The notes beneath the pieces were generated by a model, which worked only from the letters and a program-made list of their open reading frames with translations, was not told where the DNA came from and did no database searches. From Isurus oxyrinchus (Eukaryota): DNA of 64,000 nucleotides. The translations under genes were made by a program, and so were the position numbers. The stretch is taken from assembly GCA_026770705.1 (NCBI GenBank), contig JANJGN010000016.1:87358001-87422000 (forward strand). The letters are read 5' to 3'. Positions 25,706 through 37,539 of the stretch are shown here, piece by piece (within the stretch, counting starts at the first letter, position 1; every line of letters begins with the position of its first letter).

Positions 25706-26194
25706 TCACCAATAAGTAGCCATTGTTAAACTATAATAATGACATTTTGCTGAGCAACTTATTAATAAAATTTTATTGCAGCTTTTTGCAGATCTTTATA
25801 TATTGGCACAATAATCTGGTCTGCATATATTACTGTATATAGATGACATATATTTGTAATACATATTTTAATTCATATAATTTGATACTTATAAGTTATC
25901 ACTCAGGTTTCTCTATATATTACTCAGCAGGATATATCGTCATTAACATTTTAACTATGTAGTGACACAGCTCTAATAACCATATTAATAAAGTTTTAAT
26001 TGTATCTTTCATTCTCTCTGTGTTTACTGACACAATTCTCTGGTTTGTGGGTTACCCTATGTACAAACCATCTGTGATGTCCTTGGAGTAATGGCTCAAA
26101 CTGACTTCATCAAACTGACATTCCAAATAGGCCGACACTGTTCATAACGGGATTAACTGTAATTGAGTCAGATCTGAGCATCAGCAGCGTAAAT

Positions 26195-28205
26195 AGAGAG
26201 AGGGATAGAGGATAGATAGAGAGAGGGATGGAGGTCAATTAGAGGGTTGGAGGTCAGATAGAGAGAGGAATGGAGGTCAGATAGAGACAGGAATGAAGAT
26301 CTGAAACTCAGAGTGATGGAGGTCAGATGGAGCGAGGGATGCGGTCAGGTGGAGAGATGGCTGGAGCTCAGGTAAAGAGAGGGGTGGAGGTCAGATAGGG
26401 TGAGGAGTTGCGGACAGGTAGAGAGAGAGATGGAGGTCAGATAGAGAGAAGGATGGAGGGCAGATAGAGAGAGGGATGGAGTCAGATAGAGAGATTGATG
26501 AAGGGCAGATAGAGAGAGGGATAGAGGTCAGATAGAGAGAGGAATGAAAGTCTGAAACACAGAGTGATGGAGGTCAGATGTAGCAAGGGATGGAGGTCAG
26601 GTGGAGAGATAGCTGGAGGTCAGATAGAGAGAGGGATGAATGTCTGAAATGCAGAGTGAGGGAGGTCAGATGGAGCGAGGGATGGAAGCCAGAAAGGGAG
26701 AGGGATAGAGGTCAGATAGAGAGAGGGATGGAGGTCAGATAGAGAGAGAGATGGAGTCAGATAGAGAGAGGGATGGAGGTCAGATAGAGAGAGAGATGGA
26801 GGTCAGATAGAGAGAGGGATGGAGGTCAGATAGAGAGAGGGATGGAGTCAGACAGAGAGAGAGATGGAGGTCTGAAACGCAGAGTGATGGAGGTCAGATG
26901 GAGCGAGGGATGGCGGTCAGGTGGAGAGATGGCTGGAGCTCAGGTAGAGAGAGGGGTGGATGTCAGATAGGGAGAGGGGTGGAGGACAGGTAGAGAGAGA
27001 GATGGAGGTCAGCTAGAGGGATGGCTGGAGTCCAGATAGAAAGTAGGCTGGAGATCAGATAGAGAGAAGAGTAGAGATCAGATCGAGAGAGGGATGGAGG
27101 TTGGAGAGAAAGACGGATGGAGGTTGGAGAGAAAGACGGATGGAGGTTGGAGAGAAAGACGGATGGAGGTTGGAGAGAAAGACGGATGGAGGTCAGATAG
27201 AGAGAGGGATGGAGGTCAGACAGAGAGAGGGATGGAGGTCAAACAGAGAGAGGGGTGGTGGCCTGATAGAGAGAGGGGTGGAGGCCAGATAGAGAGAGGG
27301 ATGAAGATCAGATAGAGAGAGGGATGAAGGTCAGGTAGAGAGAGGGATATAGGTCAGAGCGAGAGAGGGATGGAGGTTGGATAGAGAGTGGGATAGAGGT
27401 CAGATAACTACAGGGATGGAGGTCAGAGAGAGAGAGATGGAGGTCAGGAAGAGAGAAGGTGGAGGTCAGAGAGAGAGGGATGGAGGTCAGATAGAGAGAG
27501 GGATGGAGAGCTGTTCAGGAGAGGGATGGAGCTCGGATACACTGAGAGGTGAAGCTCAGTGAGGTGTGTATCTGAGAGGAAGTTCGGTCACTCAGGGAGA
27601 GGGATGGAGATCAGGGAGGTGTGTATCTGAGAGGAAGGTCAGACACTCAGAGGGAGGGATGGAGATCAGGGAGGTGTGTAACTTTGAGGAAGGTCGGACA
27701 CTCAGATGGAGGGATGGAGATCAGGGAGGTGTGTGTCTGAGAGGAAGGTCAGACACTCAGAGGGAGGGATGGAGATCAGGGAGGTGTGTATCTGAGAGGA
27801 AGGTCAGACACTCAGAGGGAGGGATGGAGATCAGGGAGGTGTGTATCTGAGAGGAAGGTCGGACACTCAGAGGGAGGGATGGAGATCAGGGAGGTGTGTA
27901 ACTTTGAGAAAGGTCGGACACTCAGAGGGAGGGATGGAGATCAGGGAGGTGTGTATCTGAGAGGAATGTTGTACACTCAGAGGGAGGGATGGAGATCAGG
28001 GAGGTGTGTATCTGAGAGGAAGGTCGGACACTCAGAGGGAGGATGGAGATCAGGGAGGTGTGTAACTTTGAGGAAGGTCGGACACTCAGAGGGGGGATGG
28101 AGATCAGGGAGGTGTGTAACTTTGAGGAAGGTCGGACACTCAGAGGGAGGGATGGAGATCAGGGAGGTGTGTATCTGAGGGGAAGGTCGGACACTCAGAG
28201 GGAGG
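26195..28205 (+). repeat. GA-rich repeats: ~23-bp GGATGGAGGTCAGATAGAGAGAG (to ~27520), then a 55-bp minisatellite (~27560-28205)
   Basis: Visible periodicity. Confidence 0.9.
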
Positions 28206-28549
28206 GATAGAGTTCAGGTGGAACGAGGTTAGTGTCCATTCTCTCCACCTGTGCTGCAGTTTGGTGCAGACTAACCTGTTGCTCTGTGGATCCCGGTTAA
28301 TGCAATCCCCTTGCTCCCTGCCTTGCAGCCTCTCTCAATCCACACTACCACTTCTTCCCTGTAGGGAATGGGATTGAGCCAGTAACCCAGAGGGAATGAG
28401 TTCAAATCCCAGGATGGGAGTTAGTGAAATGGAATTGGATAAATCTGATCATTTGTTTTCTGGCTGCAGAAATTGTCCATAAATCCTGCTGGATTGCTGT
28501 AAAACACAAGGGACTCAGTGAGGGAAGCTGCCAGTCTCACCCTGTCACT

Positions 28550-28810
28550 CTCTACCCTGTCAATCACTTTAAGAATTTTATATGTTTCAATGGAATCACC
28601 TCTCATTCTTCTAAACTCCAGGGAATAATGTCCCAGTCTACTCAATCTCTCCTCATCGGACAATCCCCTCATCCCAGGAATCACTCTGGGGAATCTCTGC
28701 TGCACTCCTTCCAAGGCTGGTATATCCTTCCTTAGGTAAGGAGACCGAATCTGTACACAGTAATCCATGTGTGGTCTCACCGAGGTCCGATAGAATTATA
28801 ATAAGAATTC
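28550..28810 (-). mobile_element. CR1 LINE ORF2 fragment
   Basis: RPHMDYCVQ..YLRKDI.ALEGVQQRF..ERLSRLG.YSLEFRRMRGD. Confidence 0.85.
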
Positions 28811-28844
28811 TTCACTCAGACAGGTACAGGAGCTGACACAGAGT

Positions 28845-29460
28845 CTCTCTCTCTCACACTAACCCATCCCTCTCCCTCTCACTCTCTCTATCTCTCTCTC
28901 TCTCTCAATCTCTGTCGCTCTCTCCATCTCCCTCTCTCTCACTCACACTAACTCATTCATCTCATCCCTCTCTCTCTCTCTCTCTCTCTCACACTAACCC
29001 ATCCCTGTCTCTCACTCTCTCTCTCCCACTCTCTCTCTCACTCTCTCTCTATTTCACTCTCTATCTCTCTCTCTCTCTGTCAATCTCTGCCGCTCTCTCC
29101 ATCTCCCTCTCTCTCACTCACAATAACCCATCCCTCTCTCCCGCTCTCTCGCTCTCTCTCTCTCTCTCTCTGACAGACTATATGTCGCTCTCCCTCTATA
29201 CCTAACTCTCCATCTCACCCTCCCTCTCTCTCTCTGCCTCTCTCTGCCTCTCTCTCCATCTCCCTGTCTCTCTCTCACTCTCTCTCTCTCTCAAACTCTC
29301 TATGTCGCTCTCCCTCTATACCTAACTCTCCATCTCACCCTCTCTCTCTCTATCTCTCTGCCTCTCTCTCCATCTCCCTGTCTCTCTCTCACTCTCTCTC
29401 TCTCTCTCTCCCCCTCTCTCTCTCTCACTCTCTCTCAATCTCTATCCTGCCTTGTCCCTC
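28845..29460 (+). repeat. CT-rich microsatellite/low-complexity tract
   Basis: (CT)n-rich sequence. Confidence 0.95.
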
Positions 29461-30059
29461 TGTAGATGTTCTCTGGGTGTGAGTGTGTAATATAAGGGGG
29501 TGTTTGTCAGTATATTTTCGATGCTCTATGGTTTCTGAGCATGGTGGGAGGGGATCAGGGCTCTGTTCTTTGACGTGACGCAGTGATATCTGTCCCAGTC
29601 TCTCAGACTGTGATGCTGTTGTTTTCTGTGACTGACGCTATGATATTGATTGTAATCTCACTCAGTGTGACACGAGGTTACATGTCTTGATCAGTGGTGA
29701 GGGAGGAGCAGACTGAACAAGGAGCTGCAATCATCAGTCACTGCCGAAATCCTTCACACAGCCCGCACACTCCGCAAACTTCTTCACTAAATATTCTTTC
29801 AGCTCCTTAATGAGAGGCCTGGAGCTGAAAAGGGAAAAAGAGAAAGACATCTTTTCGAGAGGCTCATGGACACAATGTACACTGTACATTACCCACTAAT
29901 GACACTCTGTCTACATTTAACTCATTGTTTAAGCTCCAGCCCACCTCCTGTTCCCATCCATATGTTTCAGTCAAGGAGCCTGATAAGCCTCTAGCACAGG
30001 AGGAGGCCATTCAGCCCCTTGTGTCTGTGCTAGCTGTGCACTCGGATCATTCAGAACTA

Positions 30060-31130
30060 ACCTCTCAGTTTAATGTCTGTAATGGGGAAGTGACTGGAAC
30101 CTGTTATTAGAGACAGAATGAGTGATAAATATGAACTGATCAGAGAGAGTCAGCATGGATTTAAAAAGGGTCAGACATCTTTAACTAACCTGGTTACATT
30201 TTTTAAGGAGGTCACTAATGTGGTAGATCAGGGAGTCTTTTCTATTGATATAGATTTCCAGAAGGCATTTGAGAAAATTCAACATGAGAGACTGTGAATA
30301 AAAATGGAAGCAGATGGAATTTGAGGAAACCTGTTGCCATGGATGAGGAACTGGTTAGGAGGCAGGAGACAGAGAGTAGGGATAATGTGTATGTGCTCCA
30401 ATGAGCAAGATGTGAATAGTGATGTCCCCAGGGATCTGTGCTGGAGCCTCAGCTTTTCACAATATTTATCAATGATTTGGATGAAGAAATAGAGAGCCAT
30501 ATATCCAAGATTGCTGACGACACTAAGTTAGGCGGCTTGGAGGAGGTTACAGAGATGGGGAGTGTCGAGGACTGAGAGGGATTTGAGAACAAGGATGAGA
30601 ATTTTAAATTCGAGACATTGCTGGGCTGGGAGGTCAGTGAGCACAGGGGGTGATGGGTGAACAGGACTTGGTGTGAGTTCAGATCCGGGCAGCAGAGTTT
30701 GGGATGAGCTCATGTTTACGGAGTGTGGAAGGTGTGACTCCGGCCAGGGCAGCATTGGAATCGTCACGTTTCAGGGAACAAAGACATGGAGGAGATTCTC
30801 AGCAGCAGATGGTCTGAGGCAGGCCGGACTCGGGCGATGTTACTGAGGTGGAAATAGGCTCTCTTAATGATGGAGCGGATGATGTGGTCAGAAGCTCATC
30901 TCAGGGTCAAACTGGACACCATGGCTGTGAACTGTGTGGTTCAGTGTCAGACAGACCCAGGGAGAGGGATGGAATCGGTGATGAGGGAACAGAGTTTGTG
31001 ATGGGGACTGAAGACAATGGCAGATGGAGCTCAACGTGGGGAGTGTGAAATCATCCACTTTGGACCGAAGAAAGATGGATCAGAGTAATTTGTAAATGGT
31101 GAGATGCTGGCAGCTGTGGAGGAGCAGAAA
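30060..31130 (+). mobile_element. Old CR1 RT remnant interrupted by an L2-like fragment (~30535-31015, minus)
   Basis: Degenerate SQHGF, DFQKAF, PQGSVL, ADDTKL; CR1 resumes near 31015 (CEIIHFG); insert reads EFKILILVLKSL on minus. Confidence 0.65.
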
Positions 31131-31399
31131 GATGAGGCCAAGGTTGTAAGGAGTCTGGTTCAGCAGCAGACAGTGCTCAGGGAGAGGGATGGAGTTTGTA
31201 TCGGGAGCTGAAGACGATGGCTTTGATCTTCCCAATGTGTTTCCCAGTGAGCCTGCCTCCTCAGTCCTGACTGCTCTTAGCTGCTGTTCTTTTCACTGAT
31301 CGGACAGTTATTATTACAGATTCAGACCACAGCAGAAACCCCCAGTGTAAAAAATAACTGCAAAGATTGTCCGATCGCAAGACTGAAACGTAACCAAGA

Positions 31400-31431
31400 G
31401 AGGAAGTGAAAGAAGGAGCTCAGAGCAGCTG
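31400..31431 (+). promoter_or_regulatory. Candidate upstream enhancer: Ets-IRF composite element GGAAGTGAAA plus E-box CAGCTG
   Basis: GAGGAAGTGAAAG (31400-31412) is identical to the promoter 13-mer; CAGCTG at 31426-31431. Confidence 0.45.
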
Positions 31432-31804
31432 GATGTTTGTTACTGACACGGGAGAAAACTGTGAACCGTGTCCACTACCTAGATCTTACAGCACAGAAGG
31501 AGGCCATTCAGCCCATCCTGCCTGTGAGTTACCCAGTGAGTCCCACTCCCCCTCTCTATCCCCATAACCCAGCAAATCTTTCCTTTTCAGGGAGATTTCC
31601 AATTCCCTCTTGTAGACCTGGGCCCACAGCTCGAGACTGTCCCGAACCTGGGCTCGAAATTGGCATCTCATTCATTCATTGGAAGACAAAATGCCCGGGG
31701 TGGGAAATGGAGCTCAGATCTCCAAACATTCCCTCTCCCCTCCTGAGGGACACTTCATGCTGGGATACATTTCGATGGAACCCGGGAACACAACACGGGG
31801 GAGG

Positions 31805-32650
31805 CTGTGGGGTAGCGGCAATGTTACTGGACCAGTAATCCAGAGGCCCAGGGTAACGCTCTGGGGTCACACTTTCAAATCCCACCCCGGCAGCTGGTGG
31901 AATTTAAATTCAATTAATACATCCAGAATTATAATTTAGTCTCAGTCACGGTGACCGTGAAACCATTGTCGATTGATGTAAAAACCCATCTGGTTCACTC
32001 ATGTCCTTTAGGGAAGGAAATCTGCTGTCCTTACCTGGTCTGGCCTACATGTGACTCCAGACCCACAGCAATGTGGTTGACTCTTCACTGCATCTGAAAT
32101 GTCCTCCCTTTTGTACCAAACCGCAATGAAGTCTAAAAGAATGAAAGCAGACAGTCCACCCATCATTGATCTAGACATTGGAAATGACAACAGCAAACTC
32201 AGCCCTGTCCACCCTGCAAAGTCCTCCTGACTGACATCTAGGGACTAGTGCCAAAATTGGGAGAGCTGTCTCACAGACTAGTCAAGCAACAGCCTGACAG
32301 AGTCATCCTCACGGAATCATACCTTACAGATAATGTCCCAGACACCACCATCACCATCCCACCAGCAGGACAGGCCCAGCACAGGTGGTGAAACAGTGGT
32401 ATACAGTCAGGAGGGAGTTGCCCTGGGAGTTACCAACATCGATTCCCAACCCCATGAAGTCACATGGCATCAGGTCAAACATGGGCAAGGAAACCTCCTG
32501 CTGATTACCACGTACTGCCCTCCCTCAGCTGGTGAAGCAGTGCCCCTCCATGTTGAACATCACTTGGAGGGAGCACTGAGAGTGGCAAAGGCACAGAATG
32601 TACTCAATGTGGAGGACTTCAATGTGCATCACTAAGAGCTGCTCGGTGTG
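31805..32650 (+). mobile_element. 5' portion of a LINE (tRNA-like head and APE endonuclease remnant)
   Basis: B-box-like TTCAAATCCCACC; LVKQQPD.VILTESYL, LLITTYCPPS, EDFNVHH. Confidence 0.65.
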
Positions 32651-33264
32651 TTGAAGCCTTGACCTGATAGCAAGATATTTGACTGCAGGAGCCATCACCA
32701 CTGAGTATAATTCTCTCAGCGACCCAAAACGTCGATCAAAGGATGGAGTTTGATGGAGGAGAGAGAGGCCTGGAGAGGGGGAGGGATTAAGGCAGGAATT
32801 CAGGGAGCTGGGCCGAGGCGTCTGAAGGCTCTGCTGTCAATGTTGGGATGAAGGAAGCAGCGATGGGCAGGAGAGCAGAGTCAGAAGGTGGAAGGGTGAG
32901 GGAGGGAATGTGAGTCTGCAGCAGAACACAGAGGTAGGGAGGAGCGAGACCATGGAGGGAATTGGAGGGCAGTGAGTTCAGGGGTTACAGGTCAGTGAGG
33001 TCAGGGATAATCTATGAGCAACACTTCATGTGGCCCAGGGTATGGAACGCTGCATTTCGGACAGTTGGGATTTATGGAGCGTGGATGAAGGAAGCTGGGA
33101 GAGGACATTGGAATAATGGAGTCCGGAGACGAGACAAACAGGGATAAGGGTTTCTGTGGTCAAGAGGCTGATGTAGTGTAGAGACGGACAATGTTGTGGA
33201 GATGGAAATGAGAGGCTTACGGGTTGGAGAGATGTGGAGTTTGAAGCTCAGATACTGGAGGCCC

Positions 33265-33710
33265 AATGGGAAGGAGGCCCATGTTTACTGGTCCCTATTG
33301 GAGGCTCCAGTGGGAAGGAGGCCCATGTTTACTGGTCCCTATTGGAGGCTCCAGTGGGAAGGAGGCCCATGTTTACTGGTCCCTATTGGAGGGTCCAGTG
33401 GGAAGGAGGCCCATGTTTACTGGTCCCTATTGGAGGCTCCAGTGGGAAGGAGGCCCATGTTTACTGGTCCCTATTGGAGGGTCCAGTGGGAAGGAGGCCC
33501 ATGTTTACTGGTCCCTATTGGAGGGTCCAGTGGGAAGGAGGCCCATGTTTACTGGTCTCTATTGGAGGCTCCAGTGGGAAGGAGGCCCATGTTTACTGGT
33601 CCCTATTGGTGGGTCCAGTGGGAAGGAGGCCCATGTTTACTGGTCCCTATTGGAGGCTCCAGTGGGAAGGAGGCCCATGTTTACTGGTCTCTATTGGAGG
33701 GTCCAGTGGG
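33265..33710 (+). repeat. 44-bp minisatellite, ~10 copies
   Basis: Unit TGGGAAGGAGGCCCATGTTTACTGGTCCCTATTGGAGGCTCCAG. Confidence 0.95.
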
Positions 33711-33774
33711 ACATGGACACCATGGTTGATGTGTGGGACAGTTCCTTGTTGTCAATGTGTGATTGTCCACCTTT

Positions 33775-34770
33775 GAGTAAGTCACAAGCAAGGTGGATAA
33801 AGGGGAAACTGTAGATGTGGTGTACACGGAATTTTTAAATGCATTTGAAAAGCTGACACATCAAACATTGCTGCATAAGATGAGAGCTCATGGGCCAGGA
33901 TTTTGCTCTCGTCGGGTGAACTCGGTGGGGGTGAGAGTGGGCGTTCAGGAAGCCGACCACTGCCTGTGATTGGAGCCTGAGCGGGATTTCACACTGGCGA
34001 GCCAATTAAAGCCCTCCCAGCGTGAACCACGTGCTACAGCGCTCAGCGCTGCCTGTGTCGGGGGTGGGAGGGAGGGGGGTAAGCGGAGAGCTTTGTGCAT
34101 GAGTGCGAGTGTGCACAGGAAAAGCTCCCTGAGGCACGGAGCGGCCTGTAAGGTAGCTAAATGTGTCGATCTCATCAAGATGGGTAGGAATATAATTTGT
34201 TAAGAGGAGGTAGGGAGTCTGCAAAGGGATATGGACAGGTTAAGTGAGAGGACAACAATTTGTCAGATGGAGCGTAATGTGTGAAAATGTGAACCTGGCA
34301 GGAAGAATACAAAAGCAGGATATTATTTAAATGGAGAGAGATCCTGCAGAACTCTGAGATCCAGAGGGATCTGGGTGTCCTGGTGCATGAATCACAAAAA
34401 GTTGGTTTGCAGATGCAGCAAGTGATTCGGAAGGCACATGGAGTGTTGGAGTTTGTTGCAAGGGGAATGGAATATAAACATAAGGAAGTTTTACTGCAGC
34501 TGTACAGGGACATTGGTGAGACCACATCTGGAGCAGTGTGTACAGTTTTGGTCTCCTTATTTGAAAAAGGATATAATTGCGTTCGAAGCAGTTGAGAGAA
34601 GGTTCATTCGGCTCACTCCTGGGATGAGGGGTTTATTTCATGAAGGCAGGTTGGACAGGTTGGACCTCCAGTCAGTGCAATGGAGAAGAATGAGAGGGGA
34701 TCTTATTAAAACATATAAAATCCTGAAGGGATTTGATAGATTGGATTCCAGGAGGTTGACCCCACTTCTC
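33775..34770 (+). mobile_element. CR1 RT remnant with an inserted Harbinger-type terminal fragment (~33892-34170)
   Basis: VDVVY..AFEK..LLHKMRAHG, then GGGCCAGGATTTT TIR-like start; CR1 resumes RDLGVLVHESQK..VRPHLEQCVQFWSPYLKKD. Confidence 0.7.
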
Positions 34771-34789
34771 AGGAGAGAGAAAAATGAGT

Positions 34790-35112
34790 AGGTGGAGGGA
34801 CAAAGAAAGAGAGACAGAAAGTTAGGGAGAAAGAGAGACAAAGAGTGAGAGGGAGAGAGAGAGAAAGAGCGTGAGGGAGAGAGAGAGAGAGCAAGCAAGG
34901 AGAGTGAGACAAGAAGAACAAGACAAGGAGACAGGCAGAGAGAGAGGGAGAGAGAGACAGGGAGTGACGGACAGAGAGAGGGAGGGAGAGACAGAGAGTG
35001 ACGGACAATTACTGAGAGAGGTAGAGAGAGACAGAGAATGATGGACAGATACTGAGAGAGGGAGAGAGAGACAGAGAGTGATGGACAAATACTGAGAGAG
35101 GGAGGGAGAGAG
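34790..35112 (+). repeat. GA-rich tract abutting the V promoter
   Basis: (GA)n/GACA-rich sequence. Confidence 0.9.
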
Positions 35113-35117
35113 TTGAA

Positions 35118-35214
35118 GAGGAAGTGAAAGGTGCTGACGTGGTTCTCTCTGGGTGATACCATTTACATACTGAGGAACAGCCAGTGAGACTCTGACAGGC
35201 TGCAGCTGTATAAA
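35118..35214 (+). promoter_or_regulatory. Ig V promoter: EICE (35120-35129), TGACGTGG (35135-35142), octamer variant ATTTACAT (35161-35168), E-box CAGCTG (35203-35208), TATAAA (35209-35214)
   Basis: Motifs read directly; octamer-like element upstream of TATA and leader ATG as in Ig light-chain promoters. Confidence 0.8.
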
Positions 35215-35274
35215 GCTGAGCCCAGTGAAGGGAGAGTTTATCAGTGACCAGGCACAGGGACAGGAGCAGACACC

Positions 35275-35323
35275 ATGATTTCAGCCATCCAGCTGATCTG
35301 GCCTCTGGCATTCTGCATCGCAG
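35275..35323 (+). CDS. Ig light-chain leader exon MISAIQLIWPLAFCIA(G)
   Basis: Kozak CACCATG, hydrophobic signal peptide, phase-1 donor G|GTACAA, 186-bp intron to acceptor CCCCTCAG. Confidence 0.93.
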
Positions 35324-35509
35324 GTACAAATCTCTCTCCTTCCACCGTGAATATTTTCCTGCTCTCCATTTCCAGCCAATTCGACTGACTTGTGATTGAA
35401 GGGAAAATGCTGAAAGCAGAGGAACGGTCACTGTCTCTAACAATATCTCATTTTACAGGCTCTTTGTGTGACAGTTCTTACTTCACTCTGTTTCTCTATT
35501 ACCCCTCAG

Positions 35510-35804
35510 GTATCAGTGGGGACATCACCATGAAACAGCCTCCCCTGGTGTCAGTGAGCCTGGGCCAGACCGCCACCATCACCTGTACGGCCAGTCAGTC
35601 TGTTAGCAGCTATGTTGCTTGGTACCAGCAGCAAGAAGGACAGAAACCCACTCTCCTGATCTATTCGGCAACAACTCGATTCACAGGAACATCCGAGCGA
35701 TTCACCGGCAGTGGATCTGGCACTCAATTCACCCTGACAATCAGCAATGTACAGAATGAGGATGTCGCTGATTATTACTGTCAGCAGTATAGCAGCTGGC
35801 CCTC
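35510..35804 (+). CDS. IGKV: Ig kappa-type (shark NS4-like) V segment, intact
   Basis: [68 protein letters not shown]; both Cys and the Trp present; followed by 12-RSS. Confidence 0.96.
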
Positions 35805-35832
35805 CACAGTGATACAGAGCCTGACAAAAACC
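35805..35832 (+). other. V recombination signal sequence, 12-bp spacer
   Basis: CACAGTG-ATACAGAGCCTG-ACAAAAACC, consensus heptamer and nonamer. Confidence 0.98.
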
Positions 35833-35834
35833 TC

Positions 35835-37420
35835 AATACACACAGCACCACCTCCTGTACTGACACATCCCACAGTTATATAGAATATATAATAACGGAC
35901 ACACAGTCCCACCTCCTGTACTGACACATCCCACAGTTATATAGAATATATAATAATGGACACACAGTCCCACCTCCTGTACTGATACATCCCACAGTTA
36001 AATAGAATATATAATAATGGATGCAAAGTCCCACCTCCTCTACTGACACATCCCACAGTTAAATAGAATATATAATAATGGACAAACAGTCCCAACTCCT
36101 GTACTGACACATCACACAGTTATATAGAATATATAATAGTGGACACACAGCACCACCTCTTGTACTGACACATCCCACAGTTATAAAGAATATATAATGA
36201 TGGACACATAGTCCCACCTCCTATACTGACATATCCCACAGTTATATATAATATATAATAATGGACATACAGTCCCATCTCCTGTACTGACACATCCCAC
36301 TGTTATATACAATATATAATAATGGACACACAGTCCCAACTTCTGTATTGACACATCCCACAGTTATATAGAATATATAATAATGGACACACAGCACCAC
36401 CTCCTGTACTGACACATCCCACAGTTATATAGAATATATAATAATGGACACACTCCCACCTCCTGTACTGACACATCCCACAGTTAAATAGAATATATAA
36501 TAATGGACACGCAGTACCAACTCCTGTACTGACACACCCCACAGTTATATAGAATATAAAATAATGGACACACAGTCCTACCTCCTGAACTGACACATCC
36601 CACAGTTATATAGAATATATAATAATGGACACACAGTCCCAACTCCTGTACTGACACATCCCACAGTTATATAGAATATATAATAATGGACATACAGTCC
36701 CACCTCCTGTACTGACACAACTCACAGTTATATAGAATATATAATAATGGACGCACAGTCCCACCACCTGTACTGACACATCCCACAGTTAAATAGAATA
36801 TATAATAATGGACGCAAAGTCCCACCTCCTGTACTGACACATCCCACAGTTAAATAGAATATATAATAATGGACACACAGTCCCAACTCCTGTACTGACA
36901 CATCCCACAGTTATATATAATATATAATAGTGGACACACAGCACCACCTCTTGTACTGACACATCCCACAGTTATAAAGAATATATAATAATGGACACAT
37001 AGTCCCACCTCCTATACTGACATATCCCACAGTTATATATAATATATAATAGTGGACATACAGTCCCATCTCCTGTACTGACATATCCCACTGTTATATA
37101 GAATATATAATAATGGACACACAGTCCCAACTCCTGTATTGACACATCCCACAGTTATATAGAATATATAATAATGGACACACAGCACCACCTCCTGTAC
37201 TGACACATCCCACAGTTATATAGAATATATAATAATGGACACACTCCCACCTCCTGTACTGACACATCCAACAGTTAAATAGAATATATAATAATGGACA
37301 CGCAGTACCAACTCCTGTACTGACACACCCCACAGTTATATAGAATATAAAATAATGGACACACAGTCCCACCTCCTGTACTGACACATTACACAGTTAT
37401 ATAGAATATATAATAATGGT
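35835..37420 (+). repeat. 61-bp minisatellite, ~26 copies, in the V-J interval
   Basis: Unit ACACACAGTCCCACCTCCTGTACTGACACATCCCACAGTTATATAGAATATATAATAATGG; 791-bp (13-unit) higher-order duplication. Confidence 0.97.
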
Positions 37421-37539
37421 CACTTTACCTCTTACCCTCCATGTCCACATATGAAGAGCAGCTGAAAGATTTATCATATAAAATTGGGATTCTCAGTTCT
37501 CCCAACAAAAAAAAGACATTGAGAGGAAGAGAGAGGGAA

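Noticed and set aside
26195-27520. Array of AGGTCA and GATA sites as an enhancer
   Set aside because: Short motifs are intrinsic to a GA-rich repeat; no independent support
29540-29620. Minus-strand SLRDWDRYHC as a decayed Ig domain
   Set aside because: No upstream Cys/Trp framework, RSS or splice sites
35392-35883. 163-aa ORF as the complete protein
   Set aside because: Starts in the leader intron and reads through the RSS; only 35510-35804 is V exon
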